A stretch of 64,000 nucleotides of DNA. Origin: Tubiluchus corallicola (lineage: Eukaryota > Animalia > Priapulida). Made by a program: the position numbers and the translations under genes. The stretch is from positions 1-64,000 of the forward strand of contig JAQGDQ010000191.1 of assembly GCA_030141605.1 (NCBI GenBank). The letters run 5' to 3'. The notes under the pieces are model-generated. The model was given only the letters and a program-made list of their open reading frames with translations, had not been told where the DNA came from and made no database searches. Position 1 is the first letter of the stretch; each line of letters opens with the position of its first letter. Shown one piece after another: positions 19,869 to 32,605 of this stretch.

Positions 19869-22089
19869 AAGCTTCTACAACTTAAAATCTTACTCTTATT
19901 ATGTATATTCATTTTATAACATATTGGCTGGGTTATAATTATCATTGTTTTGCTTTTTGTCTATCGTTTTGTTATATATATATAAATATATATAAATATA
20001 TTTAACTGCATTTTCACCACACGGTTATTTAAGATTATATAGAGAAATTTTTAACTAATGATCAGCCAGATTTAAACAGATCAATTTGCTCAGTAAAACA
20101 GTAATAACATAATTTATTCTCAGTTCTAGTCGTGAGTTAAATATTGCTTATATATATAGTGTCATCCCAGTATCGCTTTTATCTACTGAAGGATAGCTCT
20201 ATTGGTTGACCAATATTGTCTTTCACCAACCTATTTTGCAGTAAATAATAAAGAAATACGCTTATTTGTTTTATTTATATCATGAACGTGAAAATAAATT
20301 CACGTTTGAATTTAACTGAATTGAAATTGCAGCAAGTAACAGAAAGTTCGTCAAATATATTCTCTACAACATAGAATTGTTCTAATACAAAAATTCACAC
20401 GAACACATAACTTCCCTCGTACAGGTGCTAGCAGAAGTCATCTTGAACAATATCAAATCTGTATTATTGTAGACATTCAGTGTTCTCTTAAATATCAAAG
20501 TCCCAACATCTGGACTTTTATTCCCCAAGAAATTAAAAACAAATTAACTTATTAACATATCAATAACTCTTCGTAGATCTGTGATATGCTAAAAGTAGAG
20601 TAATTTTTGCTAAACTAACCGTAATTCGTAACTACTATTTTCCTTACTTCCACTGTACTTGAGGTAACTCTATTATTTCCAGCGGGTTTTTCTATTAAGT
20701 GTAAATTAAATTCACTAATAACGTCAACTTATGCTATTTAAGTTGATATTGCATTTAGTTTTTTTAAATACTAGGTAAAAGAAAATTAGCAATGCACAAT
20801 TCACACTGAATCCGGTTATTACAAGGCTTTAATTAATAAAATATTAATAAGATTATTTCTGTCGTACTGCACAAATCCTATGCATTATAGCTCAAATGTA
20901 TGTTACGAAGGCAAGGTACTCCTTATGTATAATTTATATTTATTATTTTTGTAATCGCTAATGCTCAATTTTTTGCTCATCCTAAAGAATTTCAAGATAC
21001 ATTTGCTTTCAACTTTTTCTTTCGTGACTCAACAAACATGTTTACCCACTTTTGCTAGCTACAAGCGAAAAAATTATTTTTTCTTTCTATAGTTCTAAGT
21101 CCTAACCATAATAATAATTTTGGATACATAAAATAATCAAAGTTTAACGTGATACATATTTTAAAGATTGAACAGAAACTAACACCTTTGTGTTATAAAT
21201 TAATCGACAATTGTCTTAAATGCAATCTGATAATTCTTAACTACTTGGTACTTGCCATTAATTACATACATATCTAATAATTCTGAGAGGGTGGCTGACC
21301 TCGATAACTTATAGTTCCTTCACCACTAATCAGTAATCACTTTTCTCATTGTCATATTGTCGTATGTTGTACAGAATTATAGATCACTTAGTTATGTATT
21401 TTGCTATTGTAAAAAAATGGTGATAAACTAGTAAACTTACTTACTTATATTCCTTTGTGTCTCAATGCTGTTATTACAATCAATTATTTTCGCCCTGACT
21501 GCTTTTATTGATGGTAATTTATATAGCATTGTTGTCAGTTATTTTAATTTTGGATAAGTATTTTAGAGTTAAAATATTTGGTTGTGCGCCTATAGCTGTG
21601 TCCCTTTTTGGAAAAACCAAGGCTACTAAAACGTAATATCTTTGTCGTGCAGAAATAACGTGAAAAGAGAAAAGTTTTTGGGTGCCACTGTTTCTTGAAA
21701 GTATCCCCATATTGCAAGACGCTGTACCAATTTTCACTAAGTTGATTTAGATTTTTCTAGATTTTACTTTCTTTTTCTCTCTTTTGAGTAATACGGTTCG
21801 GTATATATAACTGAATGTAGAATTCACGTACAGTTGAACATAACAGGCTTAATTTTTGTAAGAAGACCGAAAAGATTTGTGAAAGCGTTGTTGCAAATTT
21901 ACTTAAAAAGATATAATAATTATTTACTTAACTAATGTTCTCGTAAGCTGTGTTTGGACTGGAGTGAGAGAAAAACACGAGTTACTATCGATAAAAATTT
22001 TACCGTACTTTTTCTGATAGTAGCTGTGAGATCATTTACCGTTTACTGTGAATGCTCTCAGCACTTTTTATGGAGAACTCGCAGCAGTT

Positions 22090-22815
22090 CCGGCGCTATT
22101 ACACTTTCGCACCGCCTAGCTTTTTATAGGTTATTACTCGTTTTTAGGCTCGTAAGTCATCATTCTATTATTCTTACGTCATCAGTGAATGTTTCCGCTA
22201 ATCTAATTGTAATTTAATCTTATTTAGGCATAATTACGCTGTATTCACAGTTCGACACAGTATCGCCATCTTGTTTGTGTGTGTGGTCACGTGACGAATT
22301 TCGTACTAGTTTATGCATTATCAGGGCCTAGCTTAAAAGGCACGTGACACACTTTCATCTTCACCGCATTTACGAAATAAAGAAAAAACCTTTACTTTTT
22401 TATAACCTAATAGTGATAATACTACAGTAATAAATAAAATTAATGATAAATAACTGTAGTGGTCTAAAATAATTTCCCGCGATACGATACAAACTCCCGT
22501 AGCTGCAACCCTAATAATCATAAATTATGCGAAAAAACTAAAAATACAGGTTAAGGCCCACTACGTCACTGCGCGAGAGCGATTGCGCAGCAGTGATGTA
22601 AACACGGTTATTCACGTGCAGCTTTTAATGGCGGCAGTAGGTAAGTAATGCATGATTTTAATCTGATTTTAATCTGTACTTATAAAGCGTACGCAGCAAT
22701 AATATTATGGGAATATGGTGTATATTACGCCTGTTGGTCTGCTTTCTGGCCTGTAGGCGTGAAAACAACCAATAGGCCAGGAAAAGCTAGACGGTGCGAA
22801 AGTGTAATAGCGCCG
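22090..22815. promoter_or_regulatory. Probable bidirectional promoter and first-exon region for the two zinc-finger genes
   Basis: Locally CpG-rich. YY1-like AAGATGGCG on minus (22264-22272) and ATGGCGGC on plus (22628-22635). E-boxes GTCACGTGAC (22286-22295), CACGTGAC (22341) and CACGTG (22613). Donor-like sites on both strands (22641 +, 22177 -). Confidence 0.6.
22628..22640 (+). CDS. Putative first coding micro-exon of zinc-finger copy 2
   Basis: ATG GCG GCA GTA G|gtaagt. Joining to the acceptor at 25076 gives in-frame MAAVEFSIHSR-MDEDES. Confidence 0.6.
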
Positions 22816-25095
22816 CAGTTCCTTATTTCTGTAGAGACAAACAGCTGTCAAAATTCGAGATGCAAAATCTTTCACAAGGTTTGCTTGCAGTTACTGTTGG
22901 TTAATACTCAGCAGTTTTTCGGCAAGAAAACTCTAGTCAGAATACGCCATAAACTTTTTCTTGTCCAGGCCAACAATAAAAATACCTTTTCTGTTTTTCT
23001 ATTTTTTATCGCACACCCAGCTGGGAATTTTATAAGTTCGTATAAGTGATTCATATATGACTTATTTGACACTGTCATATAAAAGCATATTTATTTCTTT
23101 AATTACAATGTAAAACCCAATAATTATTATAACATGGTTCTTTAGGGGATGCAAGACTCGGCCATGTTTTACCATGGCTAACTTTCGGCTGGGGTTGCCA
23201 TCCGTAAGTTGGCAATTAAGCATTTCTAGTTATTCACATATCCCGAATCTTCATTTCATGAGGATCATTTTGATACCAAACTCATTGGCTTTTAACACAT
23301 TTGTGTGATTACACAAAGAATTCACAATTATTATTAAACAAAACAAACTTGTGAATTAAATAATTTTCTGGCGAATTTCGAATGTGTGCATTGCTGTAAA
23401 CATCGCCATGTTTCGCATCTTTGGCACGAATGAGCAAGAACTGCGTATGAGATACTAAAAGCGTTTTTGGCTACTAATGTTTGTTTAGCAATCTCTAATG
23501 ACCTCTTGACTGTACTCGTAACATCATTCGTCTTGTTCAACAAAAAAATGGCAGTTCTTCAAACTTAATATCTCTAATAATAATATAATTTCCACAAATA
23601 TAATTTACTTGTCTGTTAGTTAAAACTCTTAAAGTGAAAGAAATATATGACATGTATTGTCTTCATTTCATGTATCAGTATCATAATTGACTACTTCCAC
23701 CAGCTTTTCAGTCATACTTTAGTCCAGTTTCAAATCAACATGATCATTACACAAGATATTCAGTCGAAAGCTATGTACTCCCTCTTCCAAAAACAAATAT
23801 AACGAAACAGTCATCAAAATACAATGCTATTAAAATATGGTCATCAATTCCGCGTTAAATGAAAACTCTTAATCTTTATCAATTTAAAAAAGCATCAAAG
23901 AATTACCTACTGCAATGGTATAATTAACTCACAATTTTACTCATCCTGATCTTAAGTTACTAACAAAACTTATTTTGTTCTAATGTACGTTATAACTGAT
24001 GAAAATGTAATGTTAATTGTCAATTGTTTCACTTATCTGGAAGAGGACTCGAAATCTCAAGGCTCCTTCCTCCTCCTCACAGTAACTCGCATAGTTTATT
24101 TACGTTTTTTTCAATGTAATATCAACTTGTATGTATGTTTGAGTTGCTGTGGAATAAATTCATAATTCAAAAATAATTCAATAATCAAGTGATACAAAAT
24201 CAAAGGAAACAAGTTTTAGAGTAAGTTTATAATAAAATAAAATGATTTTAAGTTGTAGAAGCTTATATGTGTGCTTGCAAACCAAAACCGTCCATAAGTC
24301 GGCATAGTTAAAACTATGTTATGATGCTTCAAACTAGAATGCACAAAGAATTTGGTCAAATGTTAATTTTTTGTTTTTTATAAAACCAAATGCTAAATAT
24401 ATTGGGCTTTTATATTCTAGCATGAAATTATCAAAAAAAATGTTTAAAAAATACTAGAAATCTAATTTTTTAACCCCCTACCCACTTTTCTGGCTAGAAA
24501 CTAGTGCTGCAATTGTGAAAAATTGTATATTCACACTCCGATAATAGCTCCTGGAAGCAGTCATTTTGCTTTTGTAGTTCGTTTTGCTTTGGGTTTTTTC
24601 TGGTGCCAAGCCCAGATCTTTGTCTGGAAGAGCCATCTGCTGGATTTAAACAGACTTCAACGCGTTCTTTCAAAGTCCTTGGCAACCAACATTTGTACGG
24701 TTGCTAAGTTTTTGTAGAAACGCGACAGAAAACAATGGCTAACTATAACAGCGATTTTCTAAACATTAAGTTTTTCACTGCACAGCCTGCACCTTAATTT
24801 CAACGTAGATTATCTCAGCTTAGAAATAACATAGAGTAATGAGCTTGGTATTAAAATGATCCCCAGGAAATGGAAATTCGGGATATTTGAATAATAAAAA
24901 GCTTAACTGCCTACTTATGGACGATTTTGCTGTTTTAATTTGACATTTAATTATCAGCAAATGACACCAGTGTGAACATTGTTTTAAATTGTTTTGACAA
25001 TTTAATGCAACAGGTAATTACAGTGTCTGACATCCAGTTAAATTAAAGTAGTTAACTACATTTCTTGCTTTGCAGAGTTTTCAATACATTCTAGG

Positions 25096-26925
25096 ATGGA
25101 TGAAGATGAGAGTCCATTAGTAAAATCAGAGCCGCCTTCTTTGCCGGTTGAAGCATCCCATCACGGGAGCGAAACGTACGACATTAAAATACTGAAACCA
25201 GCAGATTCGTCAGAAGAACAAGGTCTACAAAGACTTCCTCGTTCATCCAGTGAAATTGTCTCTCAGACTGATGTAGATGCAGTTGTCGTAAAAGTTGAAT
25301 CAGAAGCGAAAGATGGTGCTGATGCAAACGGCAATTCCAAAAACGGGTCTTGTTTTGGTAACTTTATTAATAGAAAATCGACAGTTGCTGATGCTGCCAA
25401 TAGTGCAAGTTCTAGGCTTGATTTAAATGTTACTAACTCCCAATCAAATGTAGGTTGTTATTCTGTGGAAAACAATGACACTGTTAAACAATGTGTGAAA
25501 AACAATGACACTGTTAAACAATGTGTGAAAAACAATGACACTGTTGAACAATGTGACAACAGCCGCGATTCTTCAGACCATGTTGTAGTAAGTGAAGCAT
25601 CTCTGAGCTCTGCAGGAGATACGCCATTAATCAAATCTGCGAGTCAGGGACGGCCATATAAATGTCAGCATTGTGAAGGTGCCTTTACTAGTCCGAGTCA
25701 CTTGAAACGCCATCTGTTCACACATACCGGCGTGAAACCATTCACGTGCGTTAAGTGCGGCGGCACTTTTTCCAGCAGCAGTTATTTGAAGAAGCATTTG
25801 ATGGAACACTCTGGAACAAAGCCTCACAAATGTACTCAGTGCGACGCCGCATTCGTATGGCCAAGTCATTTGAAGCAGCATTTGCTTAAACATTCGAATG
25901 AAAAACCTTTTCAGTGTTCACAGTGTACGGCCTCTTTTGCCAGGTTGGGTCATTACAACAAACATCTTACCTCTCATGTTAGCAAAATCAAAAACTGTCA
26001 AGCCAGTGGTCAATGCGAGTCTACACTGGACAAAAATGGTGCCGAACCTAATGTCCACCCTGCACCACTGCCATTTAAGTGTGACTACTGCAAACTCGCT
26101 TTCAAAAATTCCAGAAATTTAAGCAGACATTTGATGAATCATAAGACTGAAAAGCTTTACAAGTGTGATCAGTGTGGCTATGCATGCTATTATATGAGCA
26201 GCTTGAAAATGCACATAGAAACGCATTCAAAACAGAAGCCTTACATCTGCACCCACTGCGCTGCAACTTTTAGCTGTGCGGGTAACTTAAATCGACACCA
26301 GTTGTCGCATTCGGGCGACAAACCTCATCTTTGCAATTTTTGCGGAGCGGCTTTTGGACAGCAGTGCTTGCTGACGCGCCATCTGTTGACTCACAGCGGT
26401 GAAAAACCTTACAAATGTGAGCTATGTGGCAAAGCTTTTTCCCAGTCAGGAACACTACAGCGGCACTTGAAGAGGCACCAAGGTGGAAGACCGCACGGCT
26501 GTCACCTGTGCGACGCTTCGTTTACGGAACCCGGTAGCTTAAAACAACATCTGAGGGGTCACACCGGGGAGAGACCGCACACGTGTGCATGGTGCGGGGC
26601 AAGTTTTACTCGATCGTACCTACTGAAAAGGCATTTAATGACTCACACGGGAGAAAAACCTTATTCTTGTTCGCAGTGTGAAGCTTCGTTCTCTAATCTT
26701 TCATCGTTGAAGAGCCATAGATTGAAACATACGGGGCACCCTCGGCCTCATTCGTGTCAACATTGCGGTGCTGCCTTCAGCGAGCTACGATACTTAAAGG
26801 AACACATCACGGTTCACACTGGAATCAAGCCATACTTATGCAGTCTATGTGGAGCTAATTTTGCTAGGCAAAGCTACTTAAGGAAACATAGGTTAAAACA
26901 CTCAAGAAATACTTTACAAGTATAA
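25096..26925 (+). CDS. C2H2 zinc-finger protein, 14 fingers, copy 2
   Basis: 609 aa. Differs from copy 1 by ~10 substitutions, one extra 10-aa repeat (NNDTVKQCVK) and a 3-aa longer C-terminus. Confidence 0.92.
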   Translation: MDEDESPLVKSEPPSLPVEASHHGSETYDIKILKPADSSEEQGLQRLPRSSSEIVSQTDVDAVVVKVESEAKDGADANGNSKNGSCFGNFINRKSTVADAANSASSRLDLNVTNSQSNVGCYSVENNDTVKQCVKNNDTVKQCVKNNDTVEQCDNSRDSSDHVVVSEASLSSAGDTPLIKSASQGRPYKCQHCEGAFTSPSHLKRHLFTHTGVKPFTCVKCGGTFSSSSYLKKHLMEHSGTKPHKCTQCDAAFVWPSHLKQHLLKHSNEKPFQCSQCTASFARLGHYNKHLTSHVSKIKNCQASGQCESTLDKNGAEPNVHPAPLPFKCDYCKLAFKNSRNLSRHLMNHKTEKLYKCDQCGYACYYMSSLKMHIETHSKQKPYICTHCAATFSCAGNLNRHQLSHSGDKPHLCNFCGAAFGQQCLLTRHLLTHSGEKPYKCELCGKAFSQSGTLQRHLKRHQGGRPHGCHLCDASFTEPGSLKQHLRGHTGERPHTCAWCGASFTRSYLLKRHLMTHTGEKPYSCSQCEASFSNLSSLKSHRLKHTGHPRPHSCQHCGAAFSELRYLKEHITVHTGIKPYLCSLCGANFARQSYLRKHRLKHSRNTLQV

Positions 26926-26993
26926 ATTCACAGCCTAGTGATTCAAAATGAGATTTTATCAAGCACATTTAACAGGTGCTTTCTTGGAGTACT

Positions 26994-27560
26994 AAGATAA
27001 GATAAGATAAGATAAGATAATATTTATTTTCATCGGTATGATATAAAACAGTACATATTTGTAAAACATGAGCTTAAAGCTCGTAAACCGATATCAAACA
27101 TAATGTATATGAGCGATAACATACATGGTAATAATATGTACTTCTTAAAATCTTTTGGATGTCACCAGAGGTATTGGTGCTAGAAAAATTTATAACTACA
27201 TGAAGACAGTAAAAATTTTAGGCAGTAACATTTTCAGAAATTTACACAAAAAGCTATGTAGGTCAATAAAAAATTTTCCAGCCAACATATTCAGCATTTA
27301 ATTACGACTTGACAAAATTGGGAAGTTCGCTGAATTTACAAATGGCACATTTACATGATACACCAGTCCATGAGTTAATTAGACGTTTAAATTCCCCAAG
27401 ATTTTCAGCCATTCGGAGACAGTTTGGTAATTCATTCCACAATGTGGCTCCATAATAGGAGAAACTTTTCTTGTCATTGTAACACCATCATATGTAGGGT
27501 GTTCTGCAATGTTCATTTTTCTGAGGAAGTAGCAAGAAACAAGTTTATTAAAAATAAAAA
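26994..27560 (-). mobile_element. 5'-truncated LINE (CR1/L2-group-like) 3' fragment, right arm only
   Basis: (TTATC)n tail at 26994-27020. Minus-strand KSFSYYGATLWNELP resembles the C-terminal motif of CR1/L2-group ORF2. Absent at the mirrored site ~17168. Confidence 0.7.
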
Positions 27561-29647
27561 CTGGTTCTTATTTGACAGTATTAGCATCTAGCCAATGAGT
27601 AGTAACATAGAAATAATGATTACTCCATTGTTGCTTAGTAAGATGAATGCTCATTGGTGGATCAGATGTTTTTGACATCGTAATTTGTTTTGTTGTTTAC
27701 AAAGGGATGAGAATTTTTCGCGGATACGTGGAATTCCGAGTTTTTGGAAGACCAGTAGTGCCATTTTTGTAAATCGCGTAAATTCATTGAGAAAATTTTT
27801 ACGGACCCAGTACATTATTTCACTAGCTGACCGCTAGATGGCAGGCCGTCACTTTGTTTACATCACGTACATCGGTGTAGCCAAGTGTATATCTCTATGA
27901 ATAAAAATATAGAATCAATTGTGCAGAGTTATTTGAGTCAATTGCAGACAGTTTTTATATACTTTTGCATATGAGCGGCCAGTACTTAGGTGTTTTTGAA
28001 ACAATTAGGTATCATATATCCTTGATAGTTGGGTATTTTAAATTTTGCATGAAACAAGGTAATTGATATTTTAAGTCCACTTAGAGGTTCTCTATGGTAA
28101 CAAAATTGCAAGTTGTTGCTGGCTCCAAGGGGGATTTGCCCCTCAACCCCAATGGGGGCCTAGGTGGCCCAAAATCCCCGGCCTGTTTCAGAGTTTCTTG
28201 CAGTTTGTCATTCTCATCCCTAAATGTGTGCTTCATAGCAAAATTGTCCATAAGTCGGCAATCCTTTTTATACCAAAGTCATCGCCGTATTTTATTGCTA
28301 AGCTGAGATAATCCACATTGAAGTTGAGGTGCAGGTTGCACACAGAAAAACATAATCTTGAGAAAATCACTGTTAAAGTCAGCCACTGTTTTTGTCGTGT
28401 TTCTACAAAACACTTAACAACCGCACAAATGTTGGTTGCTATGGACTTTGCAAGAACACATTGGTGTTATGTTTAAATCCAGTAGATGGCTGTTCCTGGC
28501 AAAGATCTGGGTTTGTCAACACTAAAAACCCGAAATAAAATGACTGCTTCCATGAGCTTCTAGCGGAGTTGAAAAATTAAGTTTTTTACAATTGCAGCAC
28601 TAGTTTCTAACCAGAAAAATGGATACTCAGTTATAAAATTTGATTTCCCTATTTGTTGGACATTTTCTTGATAATTTGATGCTAGAATGTAAAAGTTCAA
28701 TATATTTAGCATTTGTTTTTATAAAAGACAAAAAGGTGACATTTGACCAACTTTTTGGTGCTTTCTACTTTGAAACATCATAACATTGTTTTAACTATGC
28801 CCACTTATGGACGGTTTTGGTTTTTCAAGCACACATATGTGCCAATGAGTAGCAACATAGAAATAATGATTACTACATAGAAATAATGACTACTCCAATG
28901 CTGCTGTGTAAGGTGAATGGTCATTGGTGGATCAGATGTTTTTGACATCATAATTTGTTTGCTGTTTAGAAATATTGATGTGCTCTGTAGTGCACTATTT
29001 GAGAGTAGCAACATCCTCTCAGCTATGTTTTTAAATGGCCACATTATGTTGCTATTATGAATTTATGATCTGTTATCAAATTTCATTTCAAATGTAACAA
29101 CATCCCATGTAGAGAAGAGAACGACATTTGCAATTCTTTGACCAGTGGCCAGGGTCATATCAAGACTTTACAATGCCTTTGGTTGATAGTTCTGTCGCAC
29201 CAATCTCTACTGTGTTATTTATGTATGTGCATTAAATAATTACTTGTGGTGTATTAGAAACACTATTAACCTGGTCATTATTAATTACATGTATTTGCAT
29301 AGTGCTTGCTAATTGTATAATACCTTGCACCTGTTCGTTATGTGGCACTTATATAGGAGCAGGCCTCAGTAACTGCCTATGGTGTGTTATAAAATGCATC
29401 CTTCACGTGAATATGAAAATGAAAGTATACACATTTTCCGAGCAGAATAAATTTTTTTTCTAAAATGTGACATTCTCAAACTTTGGGGGCCTAGGCTATA
29501 GTCTAGACTCTAGTTAGTCCATTAGTTAATATGCCCCTGGTAGCGACATCTAAAGAAAATTGTGAAGTTTCTTTACTGTTACAAGGCTTCACTCAATGTC
29601 ACATTTTAATAAAATCATTTAATACAAGTTTCTTATGTAAATAATTT

Positions 29648-30850
29648 TAATTCTCAAAACTGCTATGATTACAACGTACAGCCATGAGTTACCGAGTATT
29701 CATCTTAACAACATAATTAATAAACATAACTTATTAATTCTCAAAAGTGCTATGATTACAACATACAGCCATGAGTTACCGAGTATTCATCTTAACATAA
29801 TTAATAAAAACAACTTATTAGTTCTCAAAAGTGGTATGATTACAACGTACAGCCATGAGTTACCGAGTATTCATCTTAACATAATTAATAAATATAACTT
29901 ATTAATTCTCAAAAGTGTTATGATTACAACGTACAGCCATGAGTTACCGAGTATTCATCTTAACAACATAATTAATAAACATAACTTATTAATTCTCAAA
30001 AGTGCCATGATTACAACGTACAGGCATGAGTTACCGAGTATTCATCTTAACAACATAATTAATAAACATAACTTATTAATTCTCAAAAGTGCTATGATTA
30101 CAACGTACAGCCATGAGTGACCGAGTATTCACCTTAACAACATAATTAATAAACATAACTTATTAATTCTCAAAAGTGCTATGATTACAACGTACAGCCA
30201 TGAGTTACCGAGTATTCACCTTAACAACATAATTAATAAACATAACTTATTAATTCTCAAAAGTGCTATGATTACAACGTACAGCCATGAGTTACCGAGT
30301 ATTCATCTTAACAACATAATTAACAAACATAACTTATTAATTCTCAAAAGTGCTATGATTACAACGTACAGCCATGAGTTACCGAGTATTCACCTTAACA
30401 ACATAATTAATAAACATAACTTATTAATTCTCAAAAGTGCTATGATTACAACGTACAGCCATGAGTTACCGAGTATTCACCTTAACAACATAATTAATAA
30501 ACATAACTTATTAATTCTCAAAAGTGCTATGATTACAATGTACAGCCATGAGTTACCGAGCATTCATCTTAACAACATGATAAAAACAACTTATTAGTTC
30601 TCAAAAGTGGTATGATTACAACGTACAGCCATGAGTTACCGAGTATTCATCTTAACATAATTAATAAATGTAACTTATTAATTCTCAAAAGTGTTATGAT
30701 TACAACGTACAGTCATACCGAGTATACATCTTAACAACATAATTAATAAACATAACTTATTAATTCTCGAAAGTGCTATGACTACAACGTACAGCCATGA
30801 GTTACCGAGTATTCATCTTAACAACACAATTAATAAACATAACTTAATAA
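29648..30850. repeat. 87-bp minisatellite, ~14 copies (right arm)
   Basis: ATGATTACAACGTACAGCCATGAGTTACCGAGTATTCATCTTAACAAC... with some 84-bp variants. Confidence 0.95.
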
Positions 30851-31500
30851 TAATAATAATGATAATAATCTTTATTTAAAGTCGGCTTTTGGGTCAACAA
30901 TTAACATTAGCTCAAAGAGCTATTATCGCCGACTGTAAATAACAACCTACAACTACATAACAGAGACTATTATTACCCCACTTTTACCCTAAATACCACG
31001 CGTCAGGCAGGGCAACAGCAGGTACCATTTTTAAAGTCTTCGGTATGACCCGACCGCTGGTTCAAACTCACGACCTCCCAGACCGAAAGCAGACGCATTA
31101 CCACTAGACTAAACCGTCTGGTCAAACTTAATTTTAGAGCAATACAGAGCAAGCTGTATCATCATAGTGCCAAACAAATAGTTCGAAAGCTTATAGAACA
31201 GCGATCCAATGATATTGCACTAGCTGAATGCTACTAAGTTTCAACAAACCTGTCTATAAGACACTCTATCAATGCCTCCTTGAGTCTATTGAAATGCTGA
31301 GAGGTGCTCAACAACTCTAGAGAAGTCATGAGAGTCATATGAGACTCATATAGAGTCATACTATGAGAGTCATGATTTTGGCATTAATAGCTGTGAAGTG
31401 GTTACAAAGAGTCAGTTGTCCCAAAAATGCACATATCAAATAAATGCAGTATGACTGAATCTTAGATACTAGATGGTAAGAGAGTCCACAGACACTATTA

Positions 31501-31920
31501 CATTTGCAGTGCATTTGTACTTATAAACATATGTGTGTATAGAGAGGAATTATTATTTGTATTGACGTAACAAAGTTTTATGTTACACTGCAACTTATAA
31601 GCAGTAACACATTTGCAGTGCATTTGTACTTATAAACATATGTGTGTATAGAGAGGAATTATTATTTGTATTGACGTAACAAAGTTTTATGTTACACTGC
31701 AACTTATAAGCAGTAACACATTTGCAGTGCATTTGCACTTATAAACGTATGTGTGTTTAGGGAGGAATTATTATTTGTATTGACGTAACAAAGTTTTATG
31801 TTACACTGCAACTTATAAGCAGTAACACATTTGCAGTGCATTTGCACTTATAAACGTATGTGTGTTTAGGGAGGAATTATTATTTGTATTGACGTAACAA
31901 AGTTTTATGTTACACTGCAA
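31501..31920. repeat. 109-bp tandem repeat, ~4 copies (single copy in left arm at ~13820-13912)
   Basis: CATTTGCAGTGCATTTG at 31501, 31610, 31719 and 31828. Confidence 0.93.
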
Positions 31921-32605
31921 GTTATTCTAAAGCAACAAGTGTGATCAATGTCTTTACATATTTTCACTCAGTATTATTGACTATAACGAGTCTTTTCTGT
32001 AGTTCTTTCCTTCTGTCTGTACGAAACCAGAGCATGTGAGGGTAGTACTGTTTGCTTCACAGCCCAGCACAGTACGCTCCAGCAACGTAGTGTTTGTGTG
32101 TTGTCTAAGCCCAGGTAGAAAAAGTACTGTCGCTCACACAGTTTGTTGTCAGTTGCCACGTGCTTACTGTCAATGGATCAAGATTGAACTGCAACAATTT
32201 AGGCTATTAGTGTGCAAAAAATGCTGTTTTGTTTATGATTTTATCAAGTTACGTATATACTTTCATATACACTTACGTATATTGGTTTGTTTAAAATTAC
32301 AATTGCAGCATTAAAATTTGATATGTTCGTTTCGTTTTACACAGCATTAAAACAACTTTGGCTAAAAAATTTCTGAAGCAGCACCCCCGGTAATTTTAGC
32401 TATGAGGCGCCACTGATCACACTACTTCCTTGAAAGAGAAAACTGTAATAGTGTCTGTGTGAAGCAGCATCCTCTGTAGTTTTAGCTATATATATATATT
32501 GGTAGGCCGTCGTCAAACGACGGATCCGGCCCCACAGACAGACACAAAATACAGAGAGATATTACAGTAGGAAATAAAATAAGTGAGTCATGAAAGTCCG
32601 TCGAG

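Larger units (their letters stand above)
13208..19889 (-). repeat. Left arm of large inverted duplication
   Basis: Colinear reverse complement of 24244-32488: same gene, MITEs, SINE and satellites in mirrored order. Confidence 0.93.
24244..32488 (+). repeat. Right arm of large inverted duplication
   Basis: Reverse complement of 13208-19889; longer because of a LINE fragment and satellite expansions. Confidence 0.93.

Noticed and set aside
19414-24717. Paired 63-64 aa ORFs at 19414-19637 and 24494-24717
   Set aside because: They lie inside the duplicated MITE; their identity reflects the duplication, not coding constraint.
14549-30597. MITTYSHELPSIHLNN... repeat ORFs at 14549-14995, 29665-30120 and 30181-30597
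   Set aside because: Translations of the 87-bp satellite; copy number varies and stops or frameshifts occur.
13208-32488. Palindrome as a simple fold-back assembly artefact
   Set aside because: The arms differ by substitutions, a LINE insertion and satellite copy number, and surround a unique promoter-like spacer. A mis-joined haplotype is less likely but needs reads to exclude.
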